34,233 nucleotides of DNA from an uncultured Spirochaetaceae bacterium (lineage in GTDB: Bacteria; Spirochaetota; Spirochaetia; CADAEX01). Position 1 is the first letter of the stretch. The number at the start of each line of letters is the position of its first letter. Shown here piece by piece: positions 1 through 8,650 of the stretch. The stretch is from positions 1 through 34,233 of the forward strand of contig CADAEX010000001.1 of assembly GCA_902787125.1 (NCBI GenBank), read 5' to 3'. The position numbers and the translations under genes were made by a program. The notes below the pieces were generated by a model, which had not been told where the DNA came from, made no database searches, and saw only the letters and a program-made list of their open reading frames with translations.

Positions 1-723
1 GAATACATAGATGAATGCCATAAATGGAACAACGATGGATGCAACCTTGGAGATTCTCTTGAGGCCACCGATGATTACCAGGCCGGCGAAGAATGTAACA
101 AAGAGGCCACCGATAACAGTTGCCCATGAATATGATGTGCCTGCGAACTCGAAGGCGATATGTGCGTTCTTGGGGTCAAATACATTGTTGATGGCAGAGG
201 TGATACCGTTGATCTGGGTCATGGTACCGATTCCCATCATTCCGGCCATTGCGCCGAATACTGCAAACAGGACTGCCAGCCACTTCCATTTTGCTCCCAT
301 ACCTTTCTCTATTGTATAGAATGGTCCGCCGAGAACATGTCCGTCCTTAGGGTCAACCTCGCGGTACTTGATTGCAAGCATACACTCGGCATACTTGGTT
401 GCTGTGCCCAGGATAGCGGCAAACCACATCCAGAACAGGGCACCAGGGCCGCCTGCTGCAATGGCGGTTGCAACACCTACGATGTTACCGGTTCCGATTG
501 TTGCCGAAAGAGCAGTACACAGAGCCGCAAAACCGGTAAGCTCTCCATAGCCGTTCTCTTCATTCTTCTTGAAGATAGACTTAAAGGCCAGCTTGCTCTT
601 TGTAAACTGGATACCGCGGCAAGCTATAGTCATAAGAAGACCGGTTGCCAGAATCAGGACAATGGTAGGAATTCCCCATACCACGTCATCAATCGCATTT
701 AAAAAAGCATCTAATCCGTTCAC
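1..723 (-). CDS. Sodium:alanine/glycine symporter (AGCS family), 3'-truncated by the window edge
   Basis: Not in the ORF track. Manual reverse translation from GTG at 723 (SD AAAGGGAG upstream) gives MNGLDAFLNAIDDVVWGIPTIVLIL...ALSATIGTGNIVGVATAIAAGGPGALFWMW...KYAECMLAIKYRE...GGPFY, the AGCS signature. Confidence 0.93.
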   Translation of the reverse strand, partial: MNGLDAFLNAIDDVVWGIPTIVLILATGLLMTIACRGIQFTKSKLAFKSIFKKNEENGYGELTGFAALCTALSATIGTGNIVGVATAIAAGGPGALFWMWFAAILGTATKYAECMLAIKYREVDPKDGHVLGGPFYTIEKGMGAKWKWLAVLFAVFGAMAGMMGIGTMTQINGITSAINNVFDPKNAHIAFEFAGTSYSWATVIGGLFVTFFAGLVIIGGLKRISKVASIVVPFMAFIYVF

Positions 724-735
724 TTTTTTCTCCCT

Positions 736-1329
736 TTAATAATTATCGAGCTCCTTTAAAAGAGCATCAAGTTTGTTTCCGTAATTTTTGTCCATGGCCC
801 AGGTTCCTGCCAGCTTCCATATTGTGGGGGCCTTTCCCCTTGGCTGCACATATTTGTAGCGTGGATCCACCAGCTTGTTCCTAAGCTTCTTATCCTTGGT
901 TGCAAAGGCATGGAGGTGCTGTATATGGGCCCGGACTCCTATGGTCTCGGAGGGGAATTTTTCTCCCGGGTTCTTCTTGTTCATAGCTCCAAGTCCGCAG
1001 TAGTTGTTGAACCATGGCTTAACCAGCCCTCCATATCGGAGAAATCCGGTCTCAAGGCACATCTGGCAGAACGCCACATCGGAATTTATTCCCTCGAACC
1101 TTCCTTCGTTCACATAGTAGCCTGCCAGCCGCATGACCTTGGCCTTGTCCACCTTCGGGTTATGGGCCAGGAAAAACTGCTCAAGTTCGTATGCATCCTT
1201 TATTCCCAGCGCCGCAATGTCCCGGGAGCACACCTTGGAGAAGCTCTGCTTTGTGTTCTCGTAGGTGGCACAGGAGAAGAGGAGGCAGGATAAAATAGTA
1301 AGCAGGATGGCAGAGAGCAGTTTGCGCAT
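736..1329 (-). CDS. Glucosaminidase (GH73-like) domain lipoprotein, putative peptidoglycan hydrolase
   Basis: Signal peptide with lipobox-like LLFS-C; motifs AFCQMCLETG, NNYCGLGA, HIQHL, DPRY and LAGTWAMDKNYG. Confidence 0.8.
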   Translation of the reverse strand: MRKLLSAILLTILSCLLFSCATYENTKQSFSKVCSRDIAALGIKDAYELEQFFLAHNPKVDKAKVMRLAGYYVNEGRFEGINSDVAFCQMCLETGFLRYGGLVKPWFNNYCGLGAMNKKNPGEKFPSETIGVRAHIQHLHAFATKDKKLRNKLVDPRYKYVQPRGKAPTIWKLAGTWAMDKNYGNKLDALLKELDNY

Positions 1330-1335
1330 TATATC

Positions 1336-2538
1336 TTACAGCTGTCCGTTCTGAAGAAAATCCAGGGCATTGCAGAACCGTATTCCGGACTCTGATGTAC
1401 CTGTTGTCTTATCAAGCGAAATAAGGACTCTTGGATAGAAATCCCTGATCTGTCTGAAGGGGCGCAGCTTCTTGTTAAGCACCTTTGTATCCTTGACAAA
1501 TGCTTCCACCTGGATGTACCAGGTCTGACCACCCTTTGATGCCACAAAATCGATGGTGTTGTTTCCCACCTTGCCCACGCAGATGTCGTATTGCTGCCGC
1601 TTGAGCTCCAGGAACACCAGGTTCCTGAGGATAGGATTCATCTCCGGCTTCTTTGTCAGCATGTTGCTCAGGCCCATATCTGCTGCATAGAAGGTAGGAA
1701 GGCTCTTGAGATTCTCCCTTTCCTTGATGTCATAGCGTCCGACACGGAAGATAAGGCCGCATTCCTCCATGAACTGCAGATAGTTCTCGGCGGTAGGCTG
1801 GGTAGTCTTGAATCCCTGCTCTGTCAGGGTGTCAGCCAGTTTCTTTGAGGAACATGATATGCCTGTGTGAGTGAGCATGTAGCTCATGGCCGCATCCAGC
1901 ACTTTGATTTCCTTGATAGGGTGGATGGAGGCTATATCCTGCACGATGATGGTGTTGTAAAGTCCCAGCAGGTACTGGTTGATGTTCCTTGAGTTCTTGA
2001 AAAGCTGCAGTGTGAATGGGATGTTGCCATACCGGGCAAAATCCATGAAGTGCTGCTCCACAGTCTGTTCTGCCACTGCCTTGAGCATGCTCTGCTTCTG
2101 AGCCTCCAGGTATTCTGCGAAGGAATAGGGAAGCATGGTGACAAGCTGGAAATCGGAAAGTCCTTCGGTCAGGGCAGTCCGGTTGGAGCCGGATATGTAG
2201 AGGTCGGCATTTCCCCTGGCAAGGAGGGAAGAGAGCACTTTCTGGAAACCTGTGCACTTGTAGGCATCGTCGATGAAGATATAGTTCATCACTCCTTCCT
2301 GGAGTTTCTCTACAATATAATCTTCCAGGTTTTTTGCATCCAGGAGCCTTGAGTAGGCACTTTCGTCCAGGTGGACAAAGATCATGCGGTTCTCCGGTAT
2401 TCCTTTCTGCATAAGCACTTTCTGGAAAAGTTCCAGAACCACTGATTTACCGCATCCGCGGATGCCTGTAATCACCTTGATAACATGCTTGTCCATGTGA
2501 CGGGCAAGCTCTTTCAGGTATTGAATTCTTCCAATCAT
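1336..2538 (-). CDS. AAA_14 ATPase with DUF4143 C-terminal domain
   Basis: Walker A GIRGCGKS, Walker B YIFIDD, and C-terminal NLVFLELKR...IDFV...YIQV. The ATG at 2538 (MIGRIQYL) is preferred over the track's TTG at 2565, which lies inside the predicted promoter. Confidence 0.85.
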   Translation of the reverse strand: MIGRIQYLKELARHMDKHVIKVITGIRGCGKSVVLELFQKVLMQKGIPENRMIFVHLDESAYSRLLDAKNLEDYIVEKLQEGVMNYIFIDDAYKCTGFQKVLSSLLARGNADLYISGSNRTALTEGLSDFQLVTMLPYSFAEYLEAQKQSMLKAVAEQTVEQHFMDFARYGNIPFTLQLFKNSRNINQYLLGLYNTIIVQDIASIHPIKEIKVLDAAMSYMLTHTGISCSSKKLADTLTEQGFKTTQPTAENYLQFMEECGLIFRVGRYDIKERENLKSLPTFYAADMGLSNMLTKKPEMNPILRNLVFLELKRQQYDICVGKVGNNTIDFVASKGGQTWYIQVEAFVKDTKVLNKKLRPFRQIRDFYPRVLISLDKTTGTSESGIRFCNALDFLQNGQL

Positions 2539-2544
2539 ACTTGG

Positions 2545-2573
2545 ATTATAGTTTGAAAATCTCAATAAATCAA
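2545..2573 (-). promoter_or_regulatory. Sigma70-type promoter of the AAA_14 gene, leaderless geometry
   Basis: TTGATT-N17-TATAAT-N6-ATG(2538); no SD present. Confidence 0.7.
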
Positions 2574-2602
2574 GTACTTTTTAAAATAAACTTCTATAAA
2601 GT

Positions 2603-2616
2603 TGCAGAAATATTCA
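2603..2616. promoter_or_regulatory. Candidate ArgR operator (ARG box)
   Basis: TGCAGAAATATTCA is one mismatch from TGCATAAATATTCA and lies upstream of argA. The AT-rich context lowers specificity. Confidence 0.35.
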
Positions 2617-2661
2617 AAATCAACTTTGAAACTTGGATATGATGAAAATGGCGATTTTCTA

Positions 2662-2690
2662 TTGCAAATATATATAAATCATTATAAGAT
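2662..2690 (+). promoter_or_regulatory. Sigma70-type promoter of argA, leaderless geometry
   Basis: TTGCAA-N17-TAAGAT-N6-ATG(2697); no SD present. Confidence 0.6.
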
Positions 2691-2696
2691 AAAGTT

Positions 2697-4022
2697 ATGG
2701 AAAATAGTGAATTAAACCAGGGACAGATCCAGGTACAGACTATCCGCGAGGTGTTCCATTACCTGCATCAGTTTAAAGGCAAGTGCTTTGTCATCAAGAT
2801 TGACTGTGACATTATTGACAATCCTCAGTTTCCTCTTCTTATAAGGGATGTGGTGAAGCTGCGGGAGGCCGGCATACGGATTGTGCTGGTGCCCGGAGCC
2901 AAGGAGCGGATCGACGAGGTCCTTTCCGACTACAGCATAAAGTACCAGTGGATTGACGGCATGCGTGTCACAGGGCCGGATGCCATTCCCTTTGTGGAGA
3001 TGGCAGCCTTTGATGTGGCCAACAGGATCATGACCAGCCTTTCTGCCTACGAATGCCCGGCAGTGATCGGCAACTGGGTGCGGGCCCGGGGCGTCGGAGT
3101 GGTGGATGGCACCGACTACCAGCACACCGGCTATGCAGAGCGTATCCTGACCAAGGAGCTCCTAAAGATCCTGGACGACGGCTTTATTCCTATTCTCCCA
3201 TGTGTGGGGTGGAGCTCCATCGGGCGCCCCTACAACCTCCTCTCCGACGATCTGGCTGTGGTCACCGCATCACGGCTGGGGGCTGACAAGCTCTTTTTCA
3301 TAACATCCCGGCCCGCCTTCATGGCAGCCGATTATAAACTGCCGGCCGGAGCCGTGGTAGCCACCACCGGCCGCATAAGCAACCTCAGCCTGCTTGATGT
3401 CCAGCAGTTCTTCAGGGACAACGAGCTGGTGCCTGGTCTGACACTGCTGGACAAGGCACGCCGTGCCTGCGAGGCCGGTGTCTCCCGCGTCCACATACTG
3501 GACGGCTGCAGCGACGGTGTTCTCCTGCGGGAGGTGTTCTCCAACCTGGGCTCCGGCACTATGGTCTACTCTAACCAGTACAGCGGCATCCGCTCCATGC
3601 GCTACGACGAGGTGGGGGATGTGCTCCGTGTCATGAAGCCTTTTGTGGACAAGAACATACTTCTTCCCCGCACCGAGGCTATGATAGAGGATGCTCTCAA
3701 CGATTTCATCGTGTTTGAGATAGATGGTGCAGTCCACGCTTCCTGCGCTCTCCATGTCTACCCGGAGGGGGTGGGCGAGATTGCGGCTGTGGCTGTGGAT
3801 TCTGCCTATTCCCACCTGGGTGTGGGACCGAAGATGATAGAGTTCCTGTGCGAAAGGGCCAAGAAGATGGGGCTTAAGAAGGTGTTTGTCCTTACAACCC
3901 GCACTTCAGACTGGTTCCTGGGAATGGGCTTTGAGGAAGGGGTTGTCTCCGACCTGCCCGAGAAAAAGAAAACTGCATATAACTATTCAAGGAACAGCCG
4001 GATCTTTATTAAAAACATTTAA
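2697..4022 (+). CDS. argA: Amino-acid N-acetyltransferase (N-acetylglutamate synthase)
   Basis: N-terminal amino-acid-kinase-like domain (FKGKCFVIKI, GVSRVHILDG, LLREVFSNLGSGT) plus C-terminal GNAT domain (GEIAAVAV, VFVLTTRTSDWF, YNYSRNSRIF). Confidence 0.93.
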   Translation: MENSELNQGQIQVQTIREVFHYLHQFKGKCFVIKIDCDIIDNPQFPLLIRDVVKLREAGIRIVLVPGAKERIDEVLSDYSIKYQWIDGMRVTGPDAIPFVEMAAFDVANRIMTSLSAYECPAVIGNWVRARGVGVVDGTDYQHTGYAERILTKELLKILDDGFIPILPCVGWSSIGRPYNLLSDDLAVVTASRLGADKLFFITSRPAFMAADYKLPAGAVVATTGRISNLSLLDVQQFFRDNELVPGLTLLDKARRACEAGVSRVHILDGCSDGVLLREVFSNLGSGTMVYSNQYSGIRSMRYDEVGDVLRVMKPFVDKNILLPRTEAMIEDALNDFIVFEIDGAVHASCALHVYPEGVGEIAAVAVDSAYSHLGVGPKMIEFLCERAKKMGLKKVFVLTTRTSDWFLGMGFEEGVVSDLPEKKKTAYNYSRNSRIFIKNI

Positions 4023-4031
4023 TAGCGCCGT

Positions 4032-5480
4032 ATGAATATTGTCGTAAAGCTGAAAGAGACCTGTATCTCAGTCGTTCCCATCATTGTCATAGTCCTTCTT
4101 CTCAACTTTACAATTGCCCCGGTGGGTTCTGCCACCCTGGTGCGGTTTCTGGCCGGCTCCCTGCTGGTCATTGCAGGGCTTACCCTGTTCCTGGTGGGAG
4201 CCGACCTGGGTATAAGCCCCATAGGACAGAAGGCGGGGGCTGCCCTTACTGCAAAGCGGAAGCTTCTGCTTCTTATAGGTGCCGCCTTTGCCATAGGCTT
4301 TTTCATCACCATAGCCGAGCCTGATGTCCAGGTGCTGGCCACCCAGGTGGTGGGGGTGAACCCGGCTGTCTCGAAGATTCCCCTTATTCTCATGATTGCT
4401 GTGGGTGTAGGCTTTTTTGTGGTCATAGGTCTGCTCCGTATCGTGTTCAATATATCCTATCGCTGGCTTCTGATTATCTTCTATGGCATTGTATTTCTGT
4501 GTGCCTACCTGACAAAGCCTGATTTCATGGCTGTAGGCTTCGATGCCGGGGGAGCCACCACCGGCCCTATGACTGTTCCTTTTATAATCGCCCTGGGTGT
4601 GGGTGTGGCCTCCTCCAAAGGTGGAGCCGCAACCCGTGATTCCAGCTTCGGTCTGACTGGAATAGCCTCCATAGGTCCTATCCTTGCAGTGCTGCTTCTG
4701 GGACTCCTGAGCAGCGGTACAGCTTCCGGGGCTGCTTCCAGCGACCCTGTGGAGTTCACAGGCTTTATTGATGTAATGCCTGATGTGGCAAAGGAGATTC
4801 TATCATCTCTTCTCCCTATGGCATTCATGTTCATAATATTCCAGCTTACCCTTATACATATGCCTCCATATCAGGTGCGGAGAATGGTCACAGGACTTAT
4901 CTACACCTTTGTGGGACTTGTCCTGTTCATGACAGGAGTGCAGGGGGGCTTTATGCCGGTGGGGAACAAAATCGGCGCAGTCATAGGAGCTCTTTCCTGC
5001 AGCTGGATTCTCATCCCCATAGGCCTTGTGCTGGGTGCTGTGGTCGTGTGTGCAGAGCCTGCGGTTTGGGTTTTGAACGGGCAGATAGAGGAGATTTCCG
5101 GAGGTCATATACGTAAGCGTTTTATGCTTATCTCCCTCTCTGCCGGTATAGCCCTGGCTATCGGACTATCCATGTACCGAGTCCTTTCAGGGGCTAGCCT
5201 GTGGCACTTCATCATCCCTGGCTATGCCTTGGCAATACTTCTCACATTCTTCACCCCGAAGCTCTTCACAGCTATTGCCTTTGACTCCGGTGGTGTTGCT
5301 TCGGGACCCATGACCTCCACATTCATTTTATCATTTACGCTGGGGGCATCCAGGGCGGCAGGGGGAAATCCTGTCCTTGATGCCTTTGGAGTCATTGCCA
5401 TGGTTGCCATGACACCTCTCATAACTATTCAGATTCTGGGCCTTGTGTTCAGCATGAAGGAGAAGCAGTATGGAAAATAA
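4032..5480 (+). CDS. DUF1538 family membrane protein (two fused DUF1538 repeats)
   Basis: Highly hydrophobic, with duplicated motifs ITIAEPD / VVCAEPA and GFDAGGATTGPMTVPF / AFDSGGVASGPMTSTF. Confidence 0.9.
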   Translation: MNIVVKLKETCISVVPIIVIVLLLNFTIAPVGSATLVRFLAGSLLVIAGLTLFLVGADLGISPIGQKAGAALTAKRKLLLLIGAAFAIGFFITIAEPDVQVLATQVVGVNPAVSKIPLILMIAVGVGFFVVIGLLRIVFNISYRWLLIIFYGIVFLCAYLTKPDFMAVGFDAGGATTGPMTVPFIIALGVGVASSKGGAATRDSSFGLTGIASIGPILAVLLLGLLSSGTASGAASSDPVEFTGFIDVMPDVAKEILSSLLPMAFMFIIFQLTLIHMPPYQVRRMVTGLIYTFVGLVLFMTGVQGGFMPVGNKIGAVIGALSCSWILIPIGLVLGAVVVCAEPAVWVLNGQIEEISGGHIRKRFMLISLSAGIALAIGLSMYRVLSGASLWHFIIPGYALAILLTFFTPKLFTAIAFDSGGVASGPMTSTFILSFTLGASRAAGGNPVLDAFGVIAMVAMTPLITIQILGLVFSMKEKQYGK

Positions 5481-6132
5481 GATGATCTATGCCCTTGTGG
5501 GGCGGAATTCCGGTGAGCTGCTGGTGAATGCGGCTAAAGGGGCCGGTGCCCGGGGAGGCACTATAATTCCCTGCCGCTCAATCTCTGACAACTCTGTGCT
5601 GCAGTTCTTCGGGCTGGGGGAGAGCGACCAGGATGCTGTGATTATTGTCACAGAAAGCCAGAATCTCAATCCTATCCTTGATGCTGTTCAGAATGCTGCC
5701 CTGGAGGATAAGAGACTTTCAGGCTTTGCAGCTGTGACAGGGGTAAGTTCTGTGATGAAGTTCATGGCAGAGAGCAACGGGATGGAATATTTCAAGACAG
5801 GAGAACAGACAATGAATAAAGAGACTTCTCATGAGATGATTTTTATTATCGTAAACTCAGGCTTTGCAGATGATGTGATGGCTGCGGCAAGAAAGGCAGG
5901 AGCCCACGGCGGCACTGTCCTGAATGCCCGGGGCACCGGAAAGCAGGAGGATGTGAAGTTCTTCGGCATAACTATTGTGCCGGAGAAGGAGATTCTCCTG
6001 ATCATAACAGAGAAGGAGAAGTCGGCCGCCATACTGGATGCCATCAAGGCCCTTGACTGCTTTGCCACACCGGGAAGCGGCATTGTCTTCAGCTCAGATG
6101 TTGACAACTTCACCATATTGGGGAAAAAATAA
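5470..6132 (+). CDS. Tandem PII-like (GlnB-like superfamily) signal transduction protein
   Basis: Two repeats: AAKGAGARGGTII...FFGL and AARKAGAHGGTVLNARGTG...FFGITIVPEKE...PGSGIVF. Overlaps the DUF1538 stop. Confidence 0.85.
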   Translation: MENKMIYALVGRNSGELLVNAAKGAGARGGTIIPCRSISDNSVLQFFGLGESDQDAVIIVTESQNLNPILDAVQNAALEDKRLSGFAAVTGVSSVMKFMAESNGMEYFKTGEQTMNKETSHEMIFIIVNSGFADDVMAAARKAGAHGGTVLNARGTGKQEDVKFFGITIVPEKEILLIITEKEKSAAILDAIKALDCFATPGSGIVFSSDVDNFTILGKK

Positions 6133-6992
6133 TGGCAGATACTATGGAAAACGGGTTTAAAAAAGTTCTTATAGTTTGCAATTACAATAAAGAGGGTGCC
6201 GGCCGTATCGCCATGGATATGGAGAAGTACCTTATGGAGAGGGATTACTCTGTCACTGTCATAAGGAACAGCCAGCTGGACCACTACAGGGTGGGAAGCC
6301 AGTTCTCTCTTCTTGTGACATTGGGTGGCGACGGTGCAGTGCTTGCGGCTGCAAGAAAAGCGGCTCCCTTTGATATCCCTATTCTTGCCATCAACTTCGG
6401 CACCATAGGATTTATGACCGAGGTGGAGAGAGACCAGTGGGAGAATGCCCTTGAAAACTTTGTGAACGGCACTTATGTATGCCGTCAGCATACCATGCTG
6501 GATGTCTCTGTCATCAGGAGCGGCGAGACTGTTGCCCACGGTCTGGTCCTCAACGAAGGGGTGATCAACTGCCCGGACTCAAGGACAGTGCGGATGGCTG
6601 TGGATATAGATGATGAGCGGCTTGGACGCTATATGGCAGACGGTCTTATTGTATCCACAACCACAGGCTCCACTGCCTATTCATCGGCAGCAGGCGGTCC
6701 TATTGTATATCCTGATATGGATACCACAATCCTCACTCCTATATGCCCATATTCATTCATTGTACGGCCTATTGTGGTGTCACCGGAGAAGAAGATCACA
6801 GTGACACTGGAGGCCAGGAACAGCAACATAATCCTGGCTCTGGACGGTCAGACCACCATATCCATCAGGAACACAGACAAGATTGTGTTCGAGAAAAGTG
6901 TATGCAAGGCCAGGGTGATCACACTGCCCGGCAGCGACAAGCGGTTCTTCTTCAAGTTCAGGGAGCGGATGAGCCTCCATGGAGCTGACTGA
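6132..6992 (+). CDS. nadK: NAD(+) kinase
   Basis: GGDG motif, NE motif and DGLIVSTTTGSTAYSSAAGG; TAATG coupling to the upstream gene. Confidence 0.95.
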   Translation: MADTMENGFKKVLIVCNYNKEGAGRIAMDMEKYLMERDYSVTVIRNSQLDHYRVGSQFSLLVTLGGDGAVLAAARKAAPFDIPILAINFGTIGFMTEVERDQWENALENFVNGTYVCRQHTMLDVSVIRSGETVAHGLVLNEGVINCPDSRTVRMAVDIDDERLGRYMADGLIVSTTTGSTAYSSAAGGPIVYPDMDTTILTPICPYSFIVRPIVVSPEKKITVTLEARNSNIILALDGQTTISIRNTDKIVFEKSVCKARVITLPGSDKRFFFKFRERMSLHGAD

Positions 6993-8650
6993 TGATTGAC
7001 GAGATAGTCCTCAGGAACTTTGCACTGGTGGAGGAATGCACCATCAGCTTCACCGAAGGGCTCAATATATTGTCCGGTGAGACCGGGTCGGGAAAATCCA
7101 TAATTGCCTCATCTGTGGCCATGCTTTGCGGCTGTAAGGGCGATGCCAAGATGGTGCGGACCGGCACCGATGAATGCCAGATAACAGGACGTTTCTTCAC
7201 TCAGAATCCAGAGGTTCTTGCCTGGCTCAAGGAGCACGGTATTGCAGATGATGAGGGCTCTGTGCTGGTGCGGCGTACCCTGCGGAAGAACGGAAGAGGC
7301 TCCATCTCCATCCAGAAAACAAGCATAACCAGGGACGAGCTATCAGAGTTTGCCTCCCTTGTGCTGGATATCCATGGGCAGCACGAGCAGTACACCCTGG
7401 TTAACCAGACCAGTCAGATGCGGCTTTTAGACAGCGGTGCAGGGCTTGGGAAAGAGCTTTCTGAGCTTAAGACCCAGTATGGTCAGCTTCTTGCCTGCCG
7501 CCGCTCCATAGAGGAGCTTGAGAAATCGGCAGCCGACAGGGAGCGGGAACTTGAGCTCCTGGCCTTTGCCATGGACGAGATCTCAAAGGCTGACCTTAAG
7601 GTGGGCGAGGAAGAGGAGCTTGATAACCGCATAAGAGTTCTTAACAGCCACGACAAGCTGTCCCATTATCTGGAAGAAGCCTCATCCTTCCTCTCCGGAA
7701 GCGGCAGTGCGGTCCAGGCTCTTAAGCAGGCGCGGAGCGCGGCAGAGCAGGGGGCAAAGATTGATCAGTCCCTGGAGGATCTTTCAAGGCGTCTTGATGA
7801 ATCCTACTACGAGGTGGAGGATATAGCCCAGAACCTTAAGGACTACCTGGCCCACGATGCCTATGATCCCGATGAGCTTGAACGGTGCCAGGAACGGCTT
7901 TTCCTTATAAGGCGCCTTAAGAAGAAATATGGCCAGACCATAGAGGATGTGATTGCCTATGGGGAGGAGGCCAGAAAAAACTACAGCCAGCTTTCTGATT
8001 TCAGCGGCAGCAGAGATGCACTCCTTAGGGAGGAGGGCAGGCTGGAGAAACAGGTTGTGACCTTGGCCCAGGCTGTCTCAAAAGCCCGTAAAAAAGAGGC
8101 CCAGAGTCTTGAGAAAGAGATTGAGGCTATACTCAAGGAACTTGGAATGCCAAAGGCAGTATTCCATATTGCAGTTGATGAGACTGAGCTTTCATCCACA
8201 GGTATAGATGCCATTAACTTCATGATCTCTCCCAACAAGGGAGAGCCTATGCGGCCTATAAGCAGCGCAGTGTCCGGAGGTGAGCTCTCAAGGATCATGC
8301 TGGCAGTCAAGAGTGCCTTTGCAAGCTCAGATCCTGTGGACACCATCCTGTTTGATGAGATTGATGCAGGAATAGGCGGCGAGGTTGCAGTTCAGCTGGG
8401 CCACTACCTCTCAAAGCTTTCTGCCAAGAAACAGGTGCTCTGCATAACCCATCTGGCCACAATTGCAGTCAATGCCGACAACCATATACTGGTGACCAAG
8501 CGGACCGAGGGGGAGCGGACCTGTACCGAGGCAGCAGTCATCACAGGACAGGAGCGTATCTCGGAGATTGCCCGGATGCTCTCCGGAAAGAGGGATGCCA
8601 TCTCCCTTGAGCATGCTCAGTCGTTGCTTGCAAAGAAGACCAGGTCCTGA
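6992..8650 (+). CDS. recN: DNA repair protein RecN
   Basis: Walker A SGETGSGKS, DIHGQHE, coiled coil, SGGELSRIMLA, FDEIDAGIGG and QVLCITHL. Confidence 0.96.
   Translation: MIDEIVLRNFALVEECTISFTEGLNILSGETGSGKSIIASSVAMLCGCKGDAKMVRTGTDECQITGRFFTQNPEVLAWLKEHGIADDEGSVLVRRTLRKNGRGSISIQKTSITRDELSEFASLVLDIHGQHEQYTLVNQTSQMRLLDSGAGLGKELSELKTQYGQLLACRRSIEELEKSAADRERELELLAFAMDEISKADLKVGEEEELDNRIRVLNSHDKLSHYLEEASSFLSGSGSAVQALKQARSAAEQGAKIDQSLEDLSRRLDESYYEVEDIAQNLKDYLAHDAYDPDELERCQERLFLIRRLKKKYGQTIEDVIAYGEEARKNYSQLSDFSGSRDALLREEGRLEKQVVTLAQAVSKARKKEAQSLEKEIEAILKELGMPKAVFHIAVDETELSSTGIDAINFMISPNKGEPMRPISSAVSGGELSRIMLAVKSAFASSDPVDTILFDEIDAGIGGEVAVQLGHYLSKLSAKKQVLCITHLATIAVNADNHILVTKRTEGERTCTEAAVITGQERISEIARMLSGKRDAISLEHAQSLLAKKTRS

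Noticed and set aside
11-702. Plus-strand ORFs 11..319, 160..702 and 368..550
   Set aside because: Shadows of the minus-strand AGCS symporter, which the track missed because it runs off the window edge.
1336-2538. AAA_14/DUF4143 gene as an anti-phage defence system
   Set aside because: A widespread stand-alone family with no adjacent defence partners here; nothing in the sequence supports the call.
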